From positions 1 through 59,721 of IMG/VR virus record IMGVR_UViG_3300033153_014453: 59,721 nt of DNA. One strand, written 5' to 3'. Position 1 is the stretch's first letter; each line of letters starts with the position of its first letter. The position numbers were made by a program, and so were the translations under genes. The notes beneath the pieces are model-generated. The model saw only the letters and a list, made by a program, of their open reading frames with translations, searched no databases and was not told the DNA's origin. Source of the DNA: a virus (Duplodnaviria; Caudoviricetes). This document shows positions 48,091-57,193 of this stretch, one piece after another.

Positions 48091-48342
48091 TTATTTATAT
48101 TTTACAGAAATATAACCATTATTATCAAGAACTAGGGTTAGATATTTATGTGACTGATGTCTAGTCCTAGTTTTTGTTTTCTTTTTTATAGGCAATCTAG
48201 TATTTATTAGAATAACATCTTCTATGCTAGTAGTTAAAATATAAGTTTCTATCTTAGTTTTTGTCAAAATATCTGCAATAGGTTCTAGTTTGTTGTAGAG
48301 GTTTTTTATTATTAAGTCCTTTTTATAACTCCTACTCATCAA
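48091..48342 (-). CDS. Small basic protein
   Basis: Overlaps the upstream stop. Confidence 0.45.
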   Translation of the reverse strand: MMSRSYKKDLIIKNLYNKLEPIADILTKTKIETYILTTSIEDVILINTRLPIKKKTKTRTRHQSHKYLTLVLDNNGYISVKYK

Positions 48343-49535
48343 AAACCCTCTGTAGGTTTGAAAATAAAATCCCTAGCTTTCTGATCATAAACAGGCGTGT
48401 CGATAAGTTTAGCTGCTGATAGGTCTTCTATTATTGTTTTTAGATTATTACTAGAAATCTTAGAACCATATTTTCTAAGCAAGGCACTTTTAGTTATTCC
48501 TTGTTTTCCTGCTTTTATTATCTCTGCGAGGATTGTGTCTTTGTATTTAAGAGTAGGATCTTCTACTACTCCTCTAAATGCTCCTGCCATAGAAGGTTCT
48601 ATTGTTTCTAGAAGTTTTTTACTTGTTTTCAAAGTAGCTTCATCTATTACTTTAGAATCATCTTTTGCAACTGATAGGATCATAGCTATTTTTAAAATAA
48701 GCTCTGCTTTTCTTGCATAGTAGCCTCTTAATCTTTCATCTTGCCATTCTTCTTTTCTTTTATTATACCAAACAATATAATCAGCCTTAGCTTGGTCAGT
48801 AAGGACGAATTTACCTTTTATTTTTGTTCCTATATGAATGAGATCATCTAAGAGATCTTCTTTTAATTTTTGTACTTCTTTTGTGATGAAATCTTCAGGA
48901 AAAGGAATTGATTTTTCATCTTCTTCTTCGTAGATATAAGTAAACCTACCTGTAAAACCGCCATCTATATCGTTAAGAGAAGTCCCAGTTACTAACCATT
49001 CAGGAGTTGAGCATAAAAGGACATTTATACATACATTTTTAAAAACAAACCTACCACCTGTTTTTGTGTAGTAATCTGTTTCATCCTTGCAAGTGTAAAG
49101 GTCTGTAAGCATAGTTACTAGTTCGCTTTTATTCAAATCTCCCATTAAGTTTTTCATCTCATCTGCATAAATAGTACAACAACAATCTCGGTTTTTGTTA
49201 GCAAGTGCAGAGAACCAGTCATAGATATACCAAGAAGTTCCTTTTCCTATAAGAACTTCAAGATCAGGAATTGCTTTTTTTAGTTTTTTATTTTTCAAAA
49301 ACTCAAAAACTCCTATGTTAGTAGCAGTTGATTTAGTAATACCTGTAGGGCCTACTATGCAAATGTAAAGATTAGGAAATGTTTTAAAATAGCCTCTGTC
49401 TAGATAGACATTTCTTCTAAGAACTGAAGCTATTAAAGACATAGCTGTCCAAACGTGGAAGGTAGTAGGCGCTTGTTGATATTGAGAGAATTTTACATAA
49501 GATTGAATCCAGTTAGGTTTGCATTTTCGAGGCAT
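48339..49535 (-). CDS. DUF3987-like AAA+ helicase with C-terminal winged helix
   Basis: PNLY..GPTGITKST (Walker A), YADEM (Walker B), GGFTGRF. Confidence 0.75.
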   Translation of the reverse strand: MPRKCKPNWIQSYVKFSQYQQAPTTFHVWTAMSLIASVLRRNVYLDRGYFKTFPNLYICIVGPTGITKSTATNIGVFEFLKNKKLKKAIPDLEVLIGKGTSWYIYDWFSALANKNRDCCCTIYADEMKNLMGDLNKSELVTMLTDLYTCKDETDYYTKTGGRFVFKNVCINVLLCSTPEWLVTGTSLNDIDGGFTGRFTYIYEEEDEKSIPFPEDFITKEVQKLKEDLLDDLIHIGTKIKGKFVLTDQAKADYIVWYNKRKEEWQDERLRGYYARKAELILKIAMILSVAKDDSKVIDEATLKTSKKLLETIEPSMAGAFRGVVEDPTLKYKDTILAEIIKAGKQGITKSALLRKYGSKISSNNLKTIIEDLSAAKLIDTPVYDQKARDFIFKPTEGF

Positions 49536-49552
49536 AAGTAAGAACTCCGGGT

Positions 49553-49837
49553 TTAGTTTAGTAAGGTAGAAATAGTTTTATTTGTGGTAGATTGAAGTTT
49601 TTCTAGTATAGCTTCTACTAGAGTTTCTTTGGATTTAGGAATTGGTTTATTTAATTTTGATAGAAGGTTTTTTTCTTGATGTTTTGTTCTTCTAATAAAA
49701 CAAATATGTCTCCATACGTAGTGGGCTATTTCGAGAATTTGCATAGCTTCAACTTGGAGCTCATCAAACAAAGCTAAGGCTTGTTCTTCAGATAAAGAAT
49801 AAATGTCTTCTTTAGAAGGTAAATAATTTGGTTTCAT
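49553..49837 (-). CDS. Hypothetical protein
   Basis: Co-oriented 94-aa ORF. Confidence 0.55.
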   Translation of the reverse strand: MKPNYLPSKEDIYSLSEEQALALFDELQVEAMQILEIAHYVWRHICFIRRTKHQEKNLLSKLNKPIPKSKETLVEAILEKLQSTTNKTISTLLN

Positions 49838-49840
49838 TTT

Positions 49841-50413
49841 TTACCTTTTAGTAGAAGTTTTATTTACAGTATAAGAATCAATTCCTAGTTTGCTTAACTC
49901 TTTACTACATTTCTCACAGTATTCTTTATTTATAGGAATCTTTTTCCCACATTTTAAACAATATACTTTTGTGCTTTTGTAGAATTTCTTATATTGCTTT
50001 CTATGGTTTTCTTTATTTAACCGCTTTGTTCTCTCTTTAGCACATTCAGGCGAGCAAGTTAGTTTATTAACTCTTCCTGTAAATAACTTCCCACACTCGG
50101 AGCATTTTTTTACTTTAATAGCATGAGCACCTGGTTTTATTTTCCCTTCTTTTATTAAAGAAACTAGTTTTCCTATGTATTTTCCACTTATTTCTGATTT
50201 CAAACATCCGCAGCTTTTTACTTTTTCTTGCATCAAATCATGTGTGGATGCGTAAGTTATATTTCCACAATCACATTTACATTTCCATGCAGCATATTTG
50301 TATGGGTTTTTTTCATGGTCTTTAGATACACGCTCAAGGATTGTTAGTCTGTTAAATCTCATTCCTGGTTTTAGATTTTTTGGGTTACGTATTACTGAGA
50401 GTTTTCTTCCCAT
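49841..50413 (-). CDS. Multi-Zn-finger protein related to phage HNH/AP2 N-terminal domains
   Basis: FNRLT..WKCKCDCG..SCGC plus further CxxC pairs. Confidence 0.7.
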   Translation of the reverse strand: MGRKLSVIRNPKNLKPGMRFNRLTILERVSKDHEKNPYKYAAWKCKCDCGNITYASTHDLMQEKVKSCGCLKSEISGKYIGKLVSLIKEGKIKPGAHAIKVKKCSECGKLFTGRVNKLTCSPECAKERTKRLNKENHRKQYKKFYKSTKVYCLKCGKKIPINKEYCEKCSKELSKLGIDSYTVNKTSTKR

Positions 50414-50425
50414 TTAGTGCTCCTT

Positions 50426-52837
50426 TTATTTTCCATACCAATTAGTTTTTGTTTTTCCCATATCTACAGGAATTGCTAGAATATCATCATGGATTGTTAT
50501 TTCTCTTAGTGTTTGCATATGGTAGATTATATAAGGTTTAAAGAATTCTACCTTATCAGGAGGTAGAGAAATAAGCAACTCATCATGCACTTGGGCTCTT
50601 AGTTTTACATAAGAAGGCTTTATGAGCCATATTCCTAGAAGGGCTAAGTTAATAGTATCAGCTACCGTAGATTGAGGAATTTGAGCATAGAAAGAATAAA
50701 GAGTTTTTGAATCTATTTTTCCAGTTATTATTCGTTTTCTTCCATAAAAGGTTGTTATTTGTCTTTCTTTTCTTATGGTATTTTCTACCCATTGATGATA
50801 AGCTGGAAGTTGAGGGACTACTCTAAAATAATCACTCATTAGTTTTCTGGCTTGTTCTACGGGTTTTTTTACTTGTTTGGCAAATTTTCTAATGCCCATC
50901 CGATAATTCGAACCATATACTGTGGCCTTTATATCTCTATACTGACTATCAGTAAGTTCGCTTATTTTCTTATGATGAACCCATTCTGCAACTACAGCAT
51001 GGATTTTTTCTCCTTTATTCATCCGGGCTTTTAGTTTTTCAGCTTTCATCTGATAAACAATCACAAAAGCCTCTGCTTGAGCTAGGTCTGGATCTAAGAA
51101 AACATCTCCATCATCTGGAATGAAGATTGTTCTTAGATATTTTGGAATATTTTGGATATTAGTACCTTCGTCTTTTTCATTAGCTTTTGAGCTTAGTCTG
51201 CCTGTGTTTGTTAAGCCATAAGAGGTTTTCATCCTTCCATCAGGAGAAAGTTTAGCAGATAGATAAGTTCCTAGGTCTTTTGATTTTAAAGTTCTAACAC
51301 AAAGAATTTGAGCTAAGAGTTTTCTAAATCTTGGAAACCTAGCCTCGAAATCTTCTAAGGTTTCTTCGTTTACTTTGAAATTTCCTTTTTCTGTTAACGG
51401 AACAGGTAAGCCTAGGTCTGCTAATAATTGGCCTACTTGTTTTGAAGAATTAGGATTTATTTCCCTTTTTGCCATTTTGTTAAGAATATCTTGAGCTATA
51501 GGAAGTTGTTCTTTTTCTATAAATTCTCGCCATTCAGACATTAGTTTAGTATCTACTTTAATACCTTCATGTTCCATTTGGAAAAGCGCTCTTCTTAGAG
51601 GCATTATATAACCAGTGAAGAAATCATAAAGGTTATAATCTTTTAGATCTCTTTTTAAGTTTAAGTAAGATCTATGAGTGCCTATTGCGTCTTTGCAGTT
51701 ATAGGTCCATAAAACTTGGTCTTTAGGTAGGTTTTTCTTCGACCAATCTTTTACGTCTTCTTTGTGATAGTTCATATCGGTATAGACTGACATTATAAAC
51801 CCAAGATCATGTCTAGCGTCTGGATGAATGAGTGCATGGGCATACATAGTGTCAAAATGAGGATGAGAAGGATAACCTAAGAGTGGAAGCAAAAAGTGCA
51901 TATCATAGTGCATATTTTGAGCTATTTTAGTAATGCTTGATTTTTGATAGATTTTACGCATTAAGTTTAAGAGCATTAATTGCTCTGGTTTTGTCCAGCG
52001 ATTTTTTAAGCCCTTGTAACGAAAGGGAATGCAAATTGCAGAATTTTCATTCTTAGTCCAACCAATGCAGGTTATTATTTGTTTATTAAAAGTTTCTATA
52101 TCAAAACAAGTTGAAGTAGAAGATTCATAGATGCTTGTTAAGAAATTCATACACTCAGTAAAAGTAGGATCTACAAGCATTTGGAGTTCGTCTTCTAGTG
52201 AGTTAGTTTTTAAACCAAAACCTATTTCAGCAAAGCGTTTTATATCATGGCGAACGTAAGGATAGAGGTTCATATTTCCACGTTGAAGATAAGAAGGATG
52301 TAAGGTAAGCATTACTTTTGCACTTACGCCTGGGATTTTGCAATCAACTACTGATCCTCTTTGGTTTAGGATTCCTTTTAGATTAGTAAGTGCTTCCATA
52401 GCATATTTGCCAAGGGCTAGGATTATGTAAGGGTTTACTTTTTTTAATTCTTCTTCTAAGTAAGGAATGAAATCATTTATTGTTAGGCCTAATTCTTCTA
52501 AGCGTTCTACTTTATTTCCTGGAGGTTGGATTTTTATTACATTTGTTATATACATAGTAGAACGAATTAAGCCTACTTCTGAGAGAAGTTTATCTAAAAG
52601 CATTCCTGCTTTGCCTATGAAATAAGCACAATTTTCGTTTTCTTCTTTTCCTAGGGATTCACCTACGATGCAGAGTTTAGTAGGTTTTACACAAGAGGGA
52701 AGAACTAAGTTAGTATTTGCTTTTTGACATTTTTCAGAAAGCAGGTTATAAGAAGAGAGATTTCTAGGATCATAAGCTAGATTAGTAGTTGAGTCGTTTA
52801 TATTATCTTGTATTGTATTTTGGATTTCTATTTCCAT
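50426..52837 (-). CDS. polA: Family A DNA polymerase with N-terminal UDG-like and 3'-5' exonuclease domains
   Basis: UDG GESLG/HPSY; Exo DIET, NMHYD, YNCKD; Pol DLAQAE, KATVYGSNY, VHDE. Confidence 0.93.
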   Translation of the reverse strand: MEIEIQNTIQDNINDSTTNLAYDPRNLSSYNLLSEKCQKANTNLVLPSCVKPTKLCIVGESLGKEENENCAYFIGKAGMLLDKLLSEVGLIRSTMYITNVIKIQPPGNKVERLEELGLTINDFIPYLEEELKKVNPYIILALGKYAMEALTNLKGILNQRGSVVDCKIPGVSAKVMLTLHPSYLQRGNMNLYPYVRHDIKRFAEIGFGLKTNSLEDELQMLVDPTFTECMNFLTSIYESSTSTCFDIETFNKQIITCIGWTKNENSAICIPFRYKGLKNRWTKPEQLMLLNLMRKIYQKSSITKIAQNMHYDMHFLLPLLGYPSHPHFDTMYAHALIHPDARHDLGFIMSVYTDMNYHKEDVKDWSKKNLPKDQVLWTYNCKDAIGTHRSYLNLKRDLKDYNLYDFFTGYIMPLRRALFQMEHEGIKVDTKLMSEWREFIEKEQLPIAQDILNKMAKREINPNSSKQVGQLLADLGLPVPLTEKGNFKVNEETLEDFEARFPRFRKLLAQILCVRTLKSKDLGTYLSAKLSPDGRMKTSYGLTNTGRLSSKANEKDEGTNIQNIPKYLRTIFIPDDGDVFLDPDLAQAEAFVIVYQMKAEKLKARMNKGEKIHAVVAEWVHHKKISELTDSQYRDIKATVYGSNYRMGIRKFAKQVKKPVEQARKLMSDYFRVVPQLPAYHQWVENTIRKERQITTFYGRKRIITGKIDSKTLYSFYAQIPQSTVADTINLALLGIWLIKPSYVKLRAQVHDELLISLPPDKVEFFKPYIIYHMQTLREITIHDDILAIPVDMGKTKTNWYGK

Positions 52838-52947
52838 TTTTTATTCCTAAAGAAAATGAGTTCTAGTAAAAGACCTATTTTGTCTAGGATGAAGATTATT
52901 ATTAAATGACCAGTTGGTAGTTTGAAGTCTTCTGATGAGAAACGCAT
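52828..52947 (-). CDS. 39-aa hydrophobic peptide
   Basis: MRFSSEDFKLPTGHLIIIFILDKIGLLLELIFF..., fills the intergenic gap. Confidence 0.4.
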   Translation of the reverse strand: MRFSSEDFKLPTGHLIIIFILDKIGLLLELIFFRNKKWK

Positions 52948-52955
52948 TTTTAAGT

Positions 52956-53111
52956 TTATCTTTCTATGGTAGTAAAAGTTAAGATTCCAAGAAAAAGCAA
53001 GAAGCTATAGGCTAGTTTTTCTCCTGGAGAAGTAAAAGAAAAAATTGCATGGTTAAAAGCTACAAAAATTGCAATGGGTAAACAGATACTTATTACTTTT
53101 GATAATCCCAT
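52956..53111 (-). CDS. Small membrane protein
   Basis: AAGGAG RBS before ATG at 53111; two hydrophobic segments. Confidence 0.5.
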   Translation of the reverse strand: MGLSKVISICLPIAIFVAFNHAIFSFTSPGEKLAYSFLLFLGILTFTTIER

Positions 53112-53122
53112 TTTTATGCTCC

Positions 53123-53329
53123 TTAATTTGCAAGTAGTAAAAGAAAGCATCCAATTGAGTATAGCATAAGGCCAACTATTACAGAAGAGTTTTTAACGCC
53201 TAGAATACAAATAAAAACACCTGTTAGCATTAACAAAACAGCAATTGCTACAATTACTTTGTCATCATATTTTGTTTTTGTAATTTCCTTTTTACATAAG
53301 CCTTTGAGCTTTTTGTAAAAACCTTGCAT
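53123..53329 (-). CDS. Small membrane protein
   Basis: GAGGAGG RBS; two TM segments. Confidence 0.55.
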   Translation of the reverse strand: MQGFYKKLKGLCKKEITKTKYDDKVIVAIAVLLMLTGVFICILGVKNSSVIVGLMLYSIGCFLLLLAN

Positions 53330-53553
53330 TTTTTTCCTCCTCTTATAAAGAAGAAATCTTTTTGGTTATAAGAAAAAACATCTATTCTTGCTCCTTTAAT
53401 AGTTGTTAAGCCATGGTATTGGAGAGCTAGTTTTAATTCTAAAGGAGCTAGTTCAGCAATACCTATAGGCTTAGGTAGAGGAGTTAATAAGATTAGATTC
53501 ATAAGAGCCAAGTTGCAAAGAATTAAAACTTGGATTATGAATCTAATTATCAT
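53254..53553 (-). CDS. Membrane-anchored protein
   Basis: N-terminal TM. Confidence 0.5.
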   Translation of the reverse strand: MIIRFIIQVLILCNLALMNLILLTPLPKPIGIAELAPLELKLALQYHGLTTIKGARIDVFSYNQKDFFFIRGGKKCKVFTKSSKAYVKRKLQKQNMMTK

Positions 53554-53794
53554 AGTTATTTTTAGCCTTACTTAAAATGTCTTCAAGAAAAGTTATATTA
53601 TTAGATTCTAAATAGTCCATATAAAACTCAATTGATTTTCGCAAAAAATGCGCCATCATTCCATGGTAGCCCTGGGTGTAATTGACTATTTTGTTATAAA
53701 CTTCTTTGGTGACTTTTACTCTTACTTCTTTTTGCTTCCTGGAAGGCTTTTTTTGTGTTTGGGTTTCTTGTACTTGGGTTTCGTCTTTTGACAT
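53543..53794 (-). CDS. Putative ribbon-helix-helix DNA-binding protein
   Basis: KEVRVKVTKEVYNKI..MAHFLRKSIEFY. Confidence 0.55.
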   Translation of the reverse strand: MSKDETQVQETQTQKKPSRKQKEVRVKVTKEVYNKIVNYTQGYHGMMAHFLRKSIEFYMDYLESNNITFLEDILSKAKNNYDN

Positions 53795-53854
53795 TTTTTG
53801 CTCCTTTCTTGGTTAGTAATTAAGTTAAGATTAAAATTAAAATAAAATCTAAAA

Positions 53855-54349
53855 CTAAGATAATTTCTTTGCTCCTGTTTCGGGATTTATATTATGAGTC
53901 TTTAAAATAGAAAGCAATCGGTTAATTTCTGTATGCAGTTTTGAGATTATTATTTCTTGTGTTTTTATTCCTAGATTTTGATTTTCATTATTAGTTGGAA
54001 ACAAGCCTTCTACTTTTGTTCGTGTGGTCCAAGAGTCTAGGATTCTTATGTCCCTTGTGTAATCTGTTTCTGCATTATGAGAAGGAACCGCGATACGTAT
54101 TTCTGTATTACATCCGGGGCAAGTTAGATTTTTTGTTTCAAAACTTGCTTTAGTTATGTTGTTTGATGAAAATAAAGGTGTTGGTATATTAGCAGAATAT
54201 TCCATTTTAATTAAAGAAACAGCTCCACAAGAGCAATCGAGTAAGAAGAAGCTAATAATCATTTGATTACTCAAGCGCTCTTCTTGTAAATGAATCCATT
54301 CTGTGTTCATCATATATTGATTACAAGAGCTTATCTTGATTACTTTCAT
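53855..54349 (-). CDS. Zn-ribbon protein
   Basis: CSCG..CPGC. Confidence 0.55.
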   Translation of the reverse strand: MKVIKISSCNQYMMNTEWIHLQEERLSNQMIISFFLLDCSCGAVSLIKMEYSANIPTPLFSSNNITKASFETKNLTCPGCNTEIRIAVPSHNAETDYTRDIRILDSWTTRTKVEGLFPTNNENQNLGIKTQEIIISKLHTEINRLLSILKTHNINPETGAKKLS

Positions 54350-54367
54350 AGCTCTCCTAAGGATAAG

Positions 54368-54571
54368 TTATAATTTTATAGTTTCGTTTTTAATATCTTC
54401 TAATGCGTGTAAGTAAAAATGCTTAGCTATTTGCTTATAAAGAGATACAAAACTAAAAACACGTTTAGGGTTATCTTCAAATGCTTGTATAACTGTATTG
54501 AAAAACTCGCTATGTTTATCTATTAGATCATACATGTATTTTGTTATTTTCTCATTTGTTTGAATACTCAT
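54368..54571 (-). CDS. Hypothetical protein
   Basis: Co-oriented ORF with RBS. Confidence 0.55.
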   Translation of the reverse strand: MSIQTNEKITKYMYDLIDKHSEFFNTVIQAFEDNPKRVFSFVSLYKQIAKHFYLHALEDIKNETIKL

Positions 54572-54826
54572 TTATTTTTCCCCTATAAAATTAATTGGAT
54601 TATTAGTTACTTCAACTTCGCCTAAGTTAGTTACTATAATAGTTGCTTTTTCTATATCAATATAAGGATCATCTTTGTATTGTTGAATGATAGATTTTAT
54701 TACATCTTCTTTTGTTTTTGCGATTACATACTCACGCTTGGTTAGTTTATCAATTCCTTTCAAAACTCCAGTTAGAATTCCTCCACTTTCTAATATTATA
54801 ATAGGATGAAAAAGAAATGCTCGCAT
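54572..54826 (-). CDS. Hypothetical protein
   Basis: Co-oriented ORF. Confidence 0.55.
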   Translation of the reverse strand: MRAFLFHPIIILESGGILTGVLKGIDKLTKREYVIAKTKEDVIKSIIQQYKDDPYIDIEKATIIVTNLGEVEVTNNPINFIGEK

Positions 54827-54828
54827 TT

Positions 54829-55074
54829 TTAGTTCCTTTCCTGGATTACTAACTGATAATAAACTCCTGATGACACGTCTCGATTTATTTCAGTAGTTGC
54901 TACTTTGGAGATTTCGTTTATTTCTATTTTAGTAGAAGATAAGTATGTATTTTTAAGTGTGGTATAAATTAAATTATATGCTTCTTCTACATTAGAAGCA
55001 ATCACATAAATTGATCTTAAATGTTCATTGTCTACCATGGAATGCGTTCTGTATAAGTTTCTAACTTCTGACAT
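54829..55074 (-). CDS. Hypothetical protein
   Basis: AGGAG RBS. Confidence 0.55.
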   Translation of the reverse strand: MSEVRNLYRTHSMVDNEHLRSIYVIASNVEEAYNLIYTTLKNTYLSSTKIEINEISKVATTEINRDVSSGVYYQLVIQERN

Positions 55075-55109
55075 TTTTACGCTCCTAAGTATTGTTTTGT
55101 TATTTAGTT

Positions 55110-55162
55110 TATCTAGCAGACCCTAGCTTAGGTGCGGCATTCTAAGTAAGGCCTGCTAGATA
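55110..55162 (-). other. Long intergenic hairpin (~21 bp) without U-tract
   Basis: UAUCUAGCAGGCCUUA-CUUAG..CUAAG-C-UAGGGUCUGCUAGAUA. Confidence 0.7.
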
Positions 55163-55204
55163 GTTAAAAGGTTAAGCTAAGAAGTTAACTAAGAAACAAG
55201 ACTA

Positions 55205-55465
55205 CTACAGCATGTTAAGAAGAGCTTCAAGTTCTTCTTCAGACTTGTCTTTGAGCTTTTCCTTGAGGATGGCCATAAGAGATTTGGGCTTTTGAGCAGC
55301 ACGGAAAGCATTAGTATACTTAGCCTTACGAGCTTTAAGATAAAGCTCAAAGATTTCAGCTTCGCCGTCTACTTGAAGAGCTTCTTCCATGGTTTCAGGA
55401 TACTCATAGTCGAAAGAGCCGATTTCTTTTCCTTGGGATTTTACGTTAATGGTCATAGTCTGCAT
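55205..55465 (-). CDS. Hypothetical protein, probably abundant
   Basis: AAGGAG RBS before ATG at 55465; follows ssb. Confidence 0.65.
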   Translation of the reverse strand: MQTMTINVKSQGKEIGSFDYEYPETMEEALQVDGEAEIFELYLKARKAKYTNAFRAAQKPKSLMAILKEKLKDKSEEELEALLNML

Positions 55466-55522
55466 AGTTGAATTCTCCTTTCTTTTCATTTAGTTAAAGG
55501 TTAAGGGTTAAAGGTTAAAGAT

Positions 55523-55969
55523 TTAATAAACAAACTTATCCACTTCATTACGCTTTTTACCACTAGGATCATCCACATAGGTCCCAGTCTCATCAGCAAC
55601 TTGCCTCGGGACTTCTTTTATCCGAACAGTTCCACCAGAGCCAACATATTCGTCAGTGTTAATATTACCTCCATCCCAAGGCTTGCCTACTGACTTGCAC
55701 AATGAAACCAGAAACCCAAGTCCTGAAGTATTTACTTCTCCAGTATTAGGATCAATACTAGGCAGAGGAGTATTGTAAAAAACAACAACCTCTGCATTAT
55801 CTTCAGGATGGTTAATTGCAAGTTGCCAGGTAAGCATATCCCGGCCGCTTGAGGATTTCTTAGCCTCTACGCCCTTGATGTAGAAACTATAAGTCCCATC
55901 AGGAACTGTTTTAAACTCATCAAGGTGCTTTACGTCATCATAGTTGACGCCAAGATTGATTACAGGCAT
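55523..55969 (-). CDS. Single-stranded DNA-binding protein (DUF669-like)
   Basis: VPDGTY..KKSSSGRDML..RNEV OB-fold pattern; downstream of the Sak4-like ATPase. Confidence 0.75.
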   Translation of the reverse strand: MPVINLGVNYDDVKHLDEFKTVPDGTYSFYIKGVEAKKSSSGRDMLTWQLAINHPEDNAEVVVFYNTPLPSIDPNTGEVNTSGLGFLVSLCKSVGKPWDGGNINTDEYVGSGGTVRIKEVPRQVADETGTYVDDPSGKKRNEVDKFVY

Positions 55970-56090
55970 TCAAAACTCCTTTCGTTTTGGTTAGAGGTTA
56001 GGTTGAAAAGTTAACTAAGAAACACGGTTTAGAGTTAAGCTAGAAGTTAAGCTGATAAATTACCTTTTTACTAAACTCTTGCCTATATGT

Positions 56091-56357
56091 TTAACCTTCT
56101 TCTGGCTCTGGCCAGGAAGGTTTAGGAAAATCTTCCAGCCAGTTAGAAGATTTAACATCTGAGATTATTTCCTTAATAGGTTTAGTTGATTCTTTTTTTC
56201 CTAGTTCTAAACAATCGTTTATTATTTTAGTAGTAACTTCTCTTGATGCTTTTATTACTACGGATTTCATTACTATGATAAAGTTATCATTTATTGATTT
56301 GGTTATTTTGATTTCCTCTGGGCTGGATATTATTTGCCAGTTGAAGTTGTTTTTCAT
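56091..56357 (-). CDS. Hypothetical protein
   Basis: GGAGG RBS. Confidence 0.45.
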   Translation of the reverse strand: MKNNFNWQIISSPEEIKITKSINDNFIIVMKSVVIKASREVTTKIINDCLELGKKESTKPIKEIISDVKSSNWLEDFPKPSWPEPEEG

Positions 56358-57150
56358 TTTTGTTTTCTTCCTCCTTTGTTTTTATATTATGTAATTTTTC
56401 AAATTCTTTTATAAGAATTTCTGCATCTGAAGGGATTTCTTCTTTGAAATCTAGTCTAGATTTAGCAGTTATCAAACCCGTGCCTTTCGTGCGTAGTAAG
56501 TATAGCTTGTTTTTTCCTTCTTGACGAATGAAAGAATGATAAACTTCATCAAAATAAAGCGAAAGACGATCGGCTAATTTGCCTGTAACTAGTGGTAAGC
56601 ACCAAGCATGATTTGAGATTTCATCTTTTCTATATTGTTCATGAGCTATACAAAGAAAATTTATGTTTAGGTTCTTAGCTGTAGTTATAAGTTCTACCAA
56701 CTTTGCCATTTGTTGTCCCCAATCAGGTTGAGTTGGTTGGCGACCTACATGTTTGTTTGTGAAGAGCACAAAATTAAGTACCAGTTCTGAAATAGTAGTA
56801 AGAGAATCAAAAACTATTGTTTTAGGTTCTAAGTTACCTAATTTTCCGGTTTTTTTGATTTCTTTGAGAATTCCATCTATTGTTAAGTAACCAACTGGTT
56901 GTGGAAGAGCTTTATACTTGTCTTGGATTTCTACTCTAAAGGTGTTATTTTTAATTTCTTCTGAAATTACTTTTGAGGATTTTATACTAAGCCATCCATC
57001 ATCGGTGTCTATGAGAAGAACAGGCCCTAGTTTTGCCCATGTGGAAGCAAAGATAGTTTTACCTGTTCCTGAAGGACCATAGACTAGGATGTTGTAATAT
57101 TCTTTTTTTAGTTTTCCTATTGGTACTGGATCCGGAATTTGGATTTGCAT
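56287..57150 (-). CDS. Sak4-like (AAA_24) ATPase recombinase
   Basis: YGPSGTGKT, IVFDSLT, IAHE and AKSR motifs. Confidence 0.85.
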   Translation of the reverse strand: MQIQIPDPVPIGKLKKEYYNILVYGPSGTGKTIFASTWAKLGPVLLIDTDDGWLSIKSSKVISEEIKNNTFRVEIQDKYKALPQPVGYLTIDGILKEIKKTGKLGNLEPKTIVFDSLTTISELVLNFVLFTNKHVGRQPTQPDWGQQMAKLVELITTAKNLNINFLCIAHEQYRKDEISNHAWCLPLVTGKLADRLSLYFDEVYHSFIRQEGKNKLYLLRTKGTGLITAKSRLDFKEEIPSDAEILIKEFEKLHNIKTKEEENKNEKQLQLANNIQPRGNQNNQINK

Positions 57151-57193
57151 TTTTTCTCCTAAGGATAAGGATAGAAGTTAAAAAGTTAAAAAT

